Shown here piece by piece: positions 54,432 through 64,000 of a DNA stretch of 64,000 nucleotides. Below the pieces are notes generated by a model. The model worked only from the letters and a program-made list of their open reading frames with translations. It made no database searches and was not told the DNA's origin. The DNA is taken from NCBI GenBank assembly GCA_017499595.2, contig CM039001.1, positions 1,922,001 to 1,986,000 on the forward strand. Reading direction: 5' to 3'. Positions within the stretch are counted from its first letter, which is position 1. Each line of letters starts with the position of its first letter. The DNA is from Psilocybe cubensis (taxonomy: Eukaryota). The position numbers were made by a program, and so were the translations under genes.

Positions 54432-57400
54432 ATGACAGACGAGATTACGCCGCCAACTCTCCCTCTCGTCAAGAAGGAGGAGAAGAAGCCTGCCTCTTCG
54501 GGTAATAACCGTGGACCAAAGAGGCAGACTTCCAACTCGTCTAATTCACGAGGTGGTGCTCCTGGTGCTAGACCTTCCTCCAGAGGTAGCAACAAGAAGA
54601 CCCAGACCCAAACCAACACGGCAGCCGTCGAGTCGGGTTCCGACACTGCCTCCAGAAAGGGCTCCGATAATGGCAAAAAGCAAGATCAGCGGGCGAAGAA
54701 CCCTTCAACTGGTGGACGTGGACCTCCGCAACGTAGAGGGCATCCTCCTGCTTCTCAAGGCACGCGCACCCCGAAGGATCAAAGCCAAAACAAGCAGTCA
54801 TCTTCACCTGCTCCTGCTCAGGGCAAAGAATCCAGTGACGCACTCTCTTCTCTTCAACGAGTTATTGCAGATCTTAAGACAACATCTCCAGTTCAACCCC
54901 CTGCAGGATCTAACAACCTTGCATCAATGCCTGGCTCGCAAGGCCATACTTTACCTTTGCATGCGCCCACCTTCCAACCAGGGGCAGGGGCTTATCATGG
55001 AACAAATGTGGATCAGAAGCATCGTAAAGCCGCCTCCCTAGGAAACTCTTCGTTGTCGGGCAATTTCAACTCTTATTCTCCTCATTTAGGAGCTATGATG
55101 GAAGACGTTGAGGATGGTTCGGGGTCCTTTGAGGAAGGTGAAATCCCAGAACGTTATTATCAGGGGGGTCATCAGCCACGCTCTCAGTCGCAGAGTTTTA
55201 TGGCTCCACGCTTTGCAGCGCTAGCGGCACAGCAGGAGCAAGACACAGTTGGTCCTACTGGTCGCCCCCAATTAGCACCAGGCTTCATGTTCGGTGCACG
55301 CAAACGCGGCCCGCCTATGGGCCCACCTATCAACGAGGAAGATATCGGTTTCCAGTTCCCTCAACAGCAGCAAAACTATCTTCCTGAGGTTGGACAAAAG
55401 GAACAAGGTCACAGGAAGACCGAAAGCGGTGAAATTACGGGCATCATGGCCGAGCAGGTTAATATCCAGTCTATGGCGTTAATCATTTTCTGACCTTTTA
55501 CAATTAGATTGCATTGCAAAATCAGATTGAGGCCCTCCAGCAACAACAGCAGGCTCTGTACCAACAACAGCTCGCCTCTAATCAAGTTCTATCGTTCCAA
55601 ACCCCCGGCCTTGCACCACATCGTGGCGCCCATCGGCGTGTCCAGAGTACAGTGCCTATGAGCCCCAGTTCAGGCGCTACATTTGGCTCTCTCCAACACC
55701 CCATGGGCCAATTCGGAAGCATTGGTGGCTTAAATCTTGGCCTCGATGGTCAAACACAAGGGATTCCTAGGGGTCATGGCCGACGACATAGTGTAACCGT
55801 CGTTAACAAGACCGTCAGTCAACCAAACATGGGGTCTACCGCCTTTGAAGGCTTTGACGAAGGCTTTACTCCTCCTGTTCCTGCAATGGGAGGTCACTCG
55901 AGGCAAACATCTCGAGTCGATTCCAGCTGGCGAATTAGTGAGTTTTTTTAAAAACTAATTACAGGGTACGTACATGAACACTAATTCTAATTCAAATAGA
56001 TGGTGGTGTTGGAGGCATTCAGGGCAATAATGGTGGATTTGCGACTGATCTTGCCCAAGCACAGGCACAGTTGCAAAGTTTACAGCAATTCAGAGCTGCT
56101 GCTGGGGGTCATCACCATAAAATGCCTTCCTTCAGTTTCCCCAACATGCTGCCTAACATGATGGCTGCCAATATGATGGGTATTGGATTGGGTGGGATAA
56201 ATCTTCTCCAACAGCAGCAACAGCAATTCCAATCTCAACTCCAGCAGCAGTCCAACCAACCTCAACGCAAATCTTTGTTCGCTCCCTACTTGCCTCAGGC
56301 TTCCTTGCCACCTCTTCTTGCTGCTGGAAAACTGGTTGTTGGAATTCTTCGAGTTAATAAACGCAACCGCTCAGATGCCTACGTTGCTACTGAAGTTCTG
56401 GATGCTGACATCTACATCTGCGGTTCTAAAGATAGGAATCGAGCTCTCGAAGGAGACATAGTTGCCGTAGAGCTTCTGGACGTTGATGAAGTTTGGGGTA
56501 CCAAGAAAGAAAAGGAAGAGAAAAAGAGGAAGAAGGAAGAAAATGCCGCATACGACTTAAAGTCCAATACTGGTCGCAAAGATGACAAGAAGAAAGATGA
56601 CGTGGAAGTTGAGGGACAAGGCCTTATGCTTTTTGAGGATGAAGAGTAGGTTACCATTCATTGAACATACTCAATGTCTACTAACCACTTGTTATTCTAA
56701 CTCAGGGTAACCGATGAAATTAAACCCCAATTTGCAGGGCACGTCGTCGCCGTTGTTGAAAGAATGCCAGGTCAATTATTCTCCGGGACTTTGGGCCTTC
56801 TCCGTCCATCTTCTGCTGCTACTAAGGAAAAACAAGAGGCTGAAAGACGCGAGCGAGAGGGTGACAAAGGTGATGAACCGCGTCGTCCTATTGAACGTCC
56901 TAAGATTGTGTGGTTTAAGCCCACCGATAAGCGTGTACCTCTTATTGCCATCCCAACAGAACAAGCACCTCCAGACTTTGTTCAGAACTCAGAAGCATAT
57001 GTTGACAAGCTCTTCGTTGCTTGTATTAAACGTCATGTAAGTAACAGGTCGTTATGCGGTTGAAATTTGTCTATCTAATGCACTTTTAGCCTATCAGTTC
57101 TTTGCATCCTTTTGGGACCTTGGTTGAAGAACTTGGACCCATTGGCGATATTGAAGTTGAAACAAGCGCGCTTCTTAAGGATTGTAACTTCCCTACGGAG
57201 GATTTCACAGACAATGTTTTGAAATGTCTTCCGCCTATCCCTTGGACGTCAGTTCATTTTCCCTTAATTATCCTTCTGAACATTAACTAACAACCACATA
57301 ACTCCCCAGTATCCCTGAGCGTGAAGTTGAGACTCGTAAAGATTTGCGGGGTGAACGCATCTTTAGCATTGATCCTGAAACAGCTAAAGACATCGACGAC

Positions 57401-59449
57401 GCCCTGTCGATTAAAGCAAACGACGATGGAACTTTTGATGTTGGTGTTCACATAGCGGACGTTTCATTCTTTGTGAAGCCAAACACGCCATTAGATCGGG
57501 ATGCGCGCAAGAAAGCAACAAGTGTTTATCTTGTGCAGCGCGCAGTGCCCATGCTTCCTCCTACTTTAAGCGAGCAACTGTGTAGTTTGCTTCCCGGCCA
57601 AGATCGCCTCGCATTTTCCGTTGTCTTCACAATGGATAATGAAGCAAGAATTACCAAAAAATGGTTCGGCAAAACCATAATTCGGTATGCATAGCTGTTA
57701 ATTTATATCTTCTCTTTCTAATCATACTCGAATTGTAGCTCTGTGGCCAAATTGGCATACTCTGATGCTCAAAAAGTCATTGATGGTCAACCTCTAAGCG
57801 ATGTGCCAATAGATACAGGCCATAATCCCTCTGATATCGAACGTGATATCATGGGCTTGCAGAATCTTGCCAAGAAACTTCGTGCACGTCGATTCGAAAA
57901 CGGAACTTTAAGTCTGGAAAGCCTCAAACTTTCGTTCACCCTGGATGAAAATGGCCTTCCTACAGATTGTGGACAATACGAGCGCAAAGAAGCCAATACG
58001 TTGATTGAAGAGGTGAGTTGATATACACTCACAGTCAGTTCTGTGCCTCATAGTTTCTATCAGTTTATGCTTTTGACCAATATCTCTGTTGCCCAACAAA
58101 TTGCTGTGCACTTACCCGAGCAAGCCTTGCTACGGCGCCATGATACTCCGCTTGAACGTCGCTTGGTTCGTGCATTGGTGATAATTGACTGCTTTGACTT
58201 GCTCTCTTACTATATACTTCTAGAACTCTTTCAACCAACGTGCAGAACGCTTGGGATACACCATGGACACATCGTCTGCGGGTGCCTTGATGAAGTCTTT
58301 CAACGCAATTGATAATCCGACTGCCCGCAGACTCTTGGAACTTCTGTCATTCAAGGCAACACAGCGCGCTAAATACTTCTGCTCCGGCATGCTTGATATT
58401 GCGAAATATTGGCATTATGCACTGAATACCCCTCTATATACTCATTTCACGTCCCCTATTAGGCGATATGCTGACATTCTTGTTCACCGTCAATTGGAGG
58501 CAGTTTTACAAGGCGGAGGCAAGCAGTATTTCTACATACGTTTTATATTATGACTGACTTCCAACAGCCGAGACAAAGTTTACCATGGACCGTGATGCTG
58601 TGGCGAAAGTCGCACAACAGTGCAACATGTATGGTAATTTTATCATCGCAGAATTTCAAATTTATTCACCATTCATTATAGTAAACGCGATTCTGCCGTC
58701 CTTGCTCAGGAGCAGTCAGCGCATCTTTTCCTTTGTGTCCTCATTTCAGATCTCACAAATCGATATGGTCCTGTAATTCGTCAAGCAAAGGTCGTCGGTG
58801 TGCTCGATGCTGCTTTTGATGTGCTTGTCCCAGAATTTGGTATTGAGAAACGGGTTCATGTTGATCAAATGCCAATTGACGTAAGTTACAAATAAATCGT
58901 CCCCTTATTTGTTTCACTTAGCTTCTATCTCATTTCAGAACCATGTTTATGACGAACACACTCACACACTTCAAATTTATTGGTCCAATCGCGATGTTAT
59001 ATCTTGGCTTGCAGAGAACAGCGACGACGAACATTTAAGAAAGGTGAAACAAAATGCTGAACAGCATGCTTTGAAAATGGAAGTTGTCTCTCGTTCTGTC
59101 CACGATGAGAGCGCTCTTTTCGATGAAGATGACGCCGACGACGATGAGATCGTATTGGGCCGTAGTGAGACCTTACCCGAGAAGCCTGAGACCTCCAAGC
59201 AACGCCTACTTTCCATGGCCAAAGTCAAACCCGAATTTGAAGGTGTACGCGTCACTGCGTCCGGGCACAAAATCCAGGAAATTCGTGAACTCATGACCGT
59301 CCCTGTGAGCAACCATCCAATCTGATTTAACTTGATTTCCAATTTGATCTAAATTACACATTATATAGGTTATTGTCACCGCAGACCTTACGAAGAGCCC
59401 TCCTGTCATTAAAGTCTACAGTGTCAACCCTTATGCTGAGCAGAAGTAA
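54432..59449 (+). CDS. dis3l2: Dis3L2/Ssd1/Sts5-family RNB-domain protein
   Basis: RKSLFAPYL, GILRVNKRNRSDAYV, DIYICGSKDRNRALEGDIVAVELL, KIVWFKPTDKRVPLIAIP, SIDPETAKDIDDALS, HYALNTPLYTHFTSPIRRYAD; GC-AG intron at 58519-58567. Confidence 0.93.
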
Positions 59450-59829
59450 ATTTTATGCTTGTAAGATGTATCATCTTCATATGCCAACCCCTGCCTCGCA
59501 TCTTATGCCTTCCTCCATCCCCCTGTATGGCTCAAATCGTTTCTCATGTCTTTCGTATGGTGATTCTGTTCGTTCGGTGCTTTTTAATAATCCTGTAATT
59601 CAGGCCGAGAGACTTTTGTTTTCCGTGACAACTGTTCTCTTGCTCGATCCAAGGCCCTAGGCATCTTTTTTTCATTTACAAATGTACATACCTTTTCCAA
59701 ACGGCACCAGAATGGCTTGAGTTCATAAGTACATTCCAAAAGGTGTGTTTTTATTGGGTCAAATATTACGAAGTGAGAACGAAGAGTGCATTAGAGGATC
59801 ATAAAATAGTATGTTATATACTGATTCAA

Positions 59830-61468
59830 TCAAATCCAGCCAGCTGGTGGTGATGATTGGCTTTGTCTACCTTGACTGTGTTGGCTCAACCTACTTTGAG
59901 TTCTTTGTTCGAGACGAGGGCCATCCCATGATTGTGGTGTTGGTGGGGACTTTGTTGGGAATGCCTCCTCGGGGCTTGTAGACTTTTTGCTGCTTGCTGT
60001 GGCTGGCGGGGTTACTTCCGATGGTGACATTACGGCCAAATCTGGTTCTATACGTTCCAACAGGGTGTGCAGGCTATATATCGAAGCATGCAAACTGTGA
60101 ATAGAGTGGTTGGATCCAGAGCTGTTGCCCCTGGTGTGTAACCGTGGTCCATAACGGAGACGTATTTCGTCGGAGCATAGTTTGTGAAGACCATCAAGAT
60201 TTAGGAAGGCAGCTTCGTCCCGAACCTCAATTAGGCTTTCCAATCGTGCTTGAGTAGATAAAGAGGAATGGAGCTGCAATGCGCGAGGCAGGACTTCTGC
60301 TTGTCCTTCTATCAATGGCGTCCGAAGGTAAGATAGGATATGTGAATATCTAGGGAAAGGGATAAGTGAGCAAGACCGTTTGGAAGGCGTGAAGCGACAA
60401 AGCATATACGTACGGTGAACTGGGCCGGTCGATGAAAATATGAATGTTCATTGAAGGGGGTAGTAAACCCTGGGATGTAAGATGGCGATTGTACATAGCC
60501 AAGTCGTCACTGTCGGTTGAATATACGGAAGCGGTAGAGTGTCGATCAGAATGAGATAGTAAATTAGAGAAATAGGCTGAGAGATTGGAAGGTCGTGAGT
60601 ATATCGTGGAAAGAGAGGTCTTGTAAGTTGCAGTGCATGTCTCCAACGTGACTATAATTTTGGAGGGATCGAAAGTCGTGAGAGGGGGTTCAGACACCAA
60701 TATGACTTGAAATGGTGGGGGTTGGGTTGAGGCAACCACATGAAGTGGCAATGGGGGAACTGTTGGAGCTTCATCTGATCCCGAAGATGAACCTGAACCA
60801 CGCCCCTTCATGGAAGATCTGCGAGACTGGGTCTGGGTCGATGGAGGTGCAGGGGGTGCTCTGATTGGTCGGGGAGGAGACTTGGGTGCAGGACTGTCGA
60901 TTTGGACAGGTTTAACTTCTTCATCGGCGGTAGAAAGAGGAATGGGGGGCAAAGGTGGACTCGTAGGGGGAGATATGGGCTCGGTGACCGCAGACAGAAC
61001 CTCTGAACGCCGACTGGTCGAGGCCAATGGGATGGAGGGCCTTTTTCGCTGGGAATCTTTCTGGTCCAGAGAAAGACGGGAAAGAGAGGCTGTTTCGCGT
61101 TCGCGTAACCCTGGAGAGAGCCTGATCCCAGTCTCTCGCAAAGCATCGTCGGGAGTTCTGACGACAGTTGCGCCTGCGCCTAGGGTGCCGTTGCGGGGAG
61201 TCGAAATGTAATCGATAGTACGAGAACGCTTTGGCTCAGAAACCCTGGTGGGCTTTGAAGGAGAGTATGGTTGCTGCTGAACAGCGGTACGAGACAGCCA
61301 GTGCATCGTATTGGATATCGAAGGACGACGTGGGTTATGGGAGGGCTGGATTGACGAGTGGGGACACTCTGAGCCTGAAGATGAACTTGAAGGAGAGGAA
61401 ACGCGGGAAGCGCGAGGCTGAGGCTGAGGCTGGGGAATCGCAATGGACAGGGTGGAGGTAGACGACAT
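59830..61468 (-). CDS. Ser/Pro-rich protein with C-terminal BTB/POZ (KCTD/T1-like) domain
   Basis: IIVTLETCTATYKTSLSTIYSRPSNLS...HIFIDRPSSP|YSHILSYLR...EVRDEAAFLNLDGL matches the KCTD-type BTB pattern; one intron at 60350-60413. Confidence 0.65.
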
Positions 61469-61613
61469 TGTACATGATACAACAATGAGCAGCCATGATG
61501 GACTCTTAAAGCAGGTTGGAACAATAACAGGGGCTATTTTGGGGAATACAAAGGCAGCACGTGACTGTAAACCCGGGGAGAACAAAAAAACAGAGATCTA
61601 AGGAGGAGGATGG

Positions 61614-62078
61614 ATGGACATGGATGCCACCACCAAATTCTCGCAGGCACTCCCCTTTGTGCTGCTCCCGGTCTCTCCCGGGCTGGCTGCCCTGCACGCC
61701 TCCCGCACGCGTTCCCATCCACACAACCTCTCCTGCCTCACATGCGGCTCCCTTCTCGCAACTTCTCCTCCCCGTCTTCTGCGTTTCAACCACCGTTCGC
61801 GTTCTCGTGCTCACTCAACCAACTGTCGTGTCTGCGCACACACCACCCTATGTCCTGTCGACACCGCCAATGCTTCTCGATATCCCCCCTGTAGAAAGAC
61901 TACACGCCCTCTGCTCCTCGTAGAACCATCTGCACCTTCTGCACCATCGTCTTTACCGCCTCCCAAGGCATCCAAAAAGAAGACTGGTCTGCAGCAAATG
62001 CTTCAAAGAAACAGGGAACGGGGCCACAAGGAAGCACCCAAGCCTGCAGGCCTTGCAGACTTTTTAAGCAACTTGTAG
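61614..62078 (+). CDS. Rpr2/Rpp21/Snm1-like zinc-ribbon protein, possible RNase MRP subunit; intronless
   Basis: CLTCG and CRVC zinc pairs; basic C-terminus KKKTGLQQML...LADFLSNL. Family assigned from motif recall only. Confidence 0.55.
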   Translation: MDMDATTKFSQALPFVLLPVSPGLAALHASRTRSHPHNLSCLTCGSLLATSPPRLLRFNHRSRSRAHSTNCRVCAHTTLCPVDTANASRYPPCRKTTRPLLLVEPSAPSAPSSLPPPKASKKKTGLQQMLQRNRERGHKEAPKPAGLADFLSNL

Positions 62079-62147
62079 AATCGCGTGGTCTTTATTGATC
62101 ACTATTGTACCATATATCCCTCCTCTAATCTATTCACTCCGTGGATT

Positions 62148-63410
62148 CTATTCCTTGTTGGCGTTCGCGTCCCCAGGTATAAACCTTCCTGGCCAGAACG
62201 GGACATAGACGGCAATAGCCACAAAGAGAGGCAAGGTGTCCAATCCATAGAAGAGCGACTGTGACGTAGTCAATGGTCCCTGAAATCCTTCGCTTAATTC
62301 CACGACCCTGAAACCAGATCGAACCTGTTCGCCGTTGGTTACACTTTCTTGAGGACCTAGAAACCTTGACTTACCAAAATTCCAAGACAGCTTATCGATA
62401 ATGCACCTGCCAGTGCATTCCATGAGTTGTACCACTTCTTCGATGTATCCATCGACCAGATATCCGGGTCATATTTGTGAACACGCCATAAAAAGATAAG
62501 ATATATGCCTGAGAAAGAGAGGAAAGACAATAGCTGTGCCGCGAGCCCCGCAAGAAAAACCTTTCAAAAATGGTGTAAGAAAATGGGGAAAGCGAGTATA
62601 AGGTGCACTTACCCGAGATCCCGCTAACGCCCTGTCGGGGTCATTTGCTGAGGCGGACATAGCTCCACCAATAGCCTAGCCCGGAACAATATTATTTATA
62701 CAAGAACCACAAGCAACAAAATGAACACACTTGTATTAGAAAGGTTGTGATATCGGACCCAACGTATGCGATTGTTATTCGGCGACTGGGAACAAGTAGG
62801 TGCTTATCTGCATTCAAATGTTTTGCTAGTCGTCCAAGTAGCACATAATCAGCGGCAATAAATGCGCATGGCTTGCGTAAATAAATATTATTATGACAGA
62901 GACGATTCAAACAACAAAAAATCAAACCTACGGAAAGAACGACAAAGAGGTACTCCATAATGTATATCCCTTTTGACTGTGGATGTACATGGAGGCCGAA
63001 TCGGAAAGAAAGGCCTAGAGCAAAGACTAGAATCAAGCATTGAGACACCGAGAGCGTATGGACGTGCAATGCACCTACAATAGATTCCTATCGTCATCGA
63101 CATCATCCACCGAGCGCCGTGTTTAATGATGAGCCATGTTTGAAGGAAACCGACAGTAAGAACAAGGGCTGACAGCGCGTAATGAAGTTAAGGAGAATAA
63201 TATTAATTTATTAGATGCGATGATGTAAAATAGCTTGGAACACATACCTACAGCAATACCAGTCAAGGTGTTTGATGCAATGTATTTTAGAGGGTTGTAA
63301 GGATCATGCCTAGGGTCAGCGAATGGATCCGGTCGAGGTACGTTGTGCTTGATGGCGCCATTGACGCTGGATAGGAGGGCAGAAAGAAGCAATGAGCGGA
63401 GGGGGCTCAT
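62148..63410 (-). CDS. RTA1-family multi-TM protein (putative lipid-translocating exporter)
   Basis: EYLFVVLSPCAFIAADYVLLGRL, SDITTFLIQAIGG, FLAGLAAQLLSF, VRSGFRVVELSEG, FYGLDTLPL, WPG; TATAAA-like element near 63560-63566 on the minus strand. Confidence 0.88.
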
Positions 63411-64000
63411 GGTGGTACTACACCGTATCCAGAAGATGGGGAACACCAATTGCCAACTCAAAGCATTGACTAGGACACTTTCTTATGACAAAGTATTTTT
63501 AGATACTGTCAGGCAGGCGAATGGATTTTGGCACCTTTTGGAGGTATCTGCAGTTCATCATTTATATCTTTCCTTGCCCGTTTGGTCGTACATATGGCGC
63601 ATCCACGGAGATCTCGGCAACAACGCGGGTAAAATTGTCATATTCTTTAGCCAAACCCAGTTCCGGGCCCCGGGCCTGTGCAATCACGAATGCACCTCTA
63701 ATGTCGTCATCTCGAAGAGATCCAAGGAAGTTGCAAAAACATTGAACGACGTCGAAGAAGTATCGGATCCCATTAAAAGGTGACAATCAACTAGGCAATA
63801 TCCACTAGAAGGGCCGCTGGAATCTTCAGGAAGAGCGCACAACAATCATTTCACGATCTCGGAGCCGAAAGCTGTATAACTCTTCGTTTCGACCAAGGAG
63901 CAAAGCTTATTAGAAGAGCTGCGTTTATCCATGGAAATGTGATGGCGGGTATGGTTAAAATTGCGTAGATTCCTGCCATTCATACTCTATAACTAGACTA

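Noticed and set aside
63420-64000. Short ORFs at the right end (63343-63783 +, 63562-63786 -)
   Set aside because: No recognisable protein; the region contains a TATA-like element and is best read as the RTA1-gene promoter.

Overview
Eukaryotic, intron-dense fungal DNA. The ~45-60 nt introns, microexons and protein sequences point to an agaricomycete basidiomycete; this is an inference and the species cannot be named from sequence alone. The window is a tightly packed block of about 24 mostly housekeeping genes, with no transposon, tRNA, rRNA or CRISPR that I can support. In order: a partial WD40/DCAF gene, CTK1-type CDK, CSN4, an uncharacterised multi-repeat protein, a PUB-domain protein, PEP4, a BRD8-like bromodomain protein, TRA1, CTNNBL1, UTP15, TCTP, GCP3/SPC98, PDI, verprolin, RBM42, RPL5, MED17, a Zn2Cys6 transcription factor, VPS24, IDH2, Dis3L2/Ssd1, a BTB-like protein, an Rpr2/Snm1-like zinc protein and an RTA1-family protein. 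The most unusual items are: (1) the 6595-11363 gene, built from three tiers of peptide repeats, including a Tyr/Pro repeat with nine introns at the same codon position; (2) a long, predicted-structured leader intron in RPL5 that may be an autoregulatory element; (3) a catalytically intact Dis3L2 carrying an Ssd1-type Cbk1 regulatory N-terminus; (4) a BRD8-like gene placed tail-to-tail with TRA1. All exon boundaries were read by eye and need RNA-seq confirmation.
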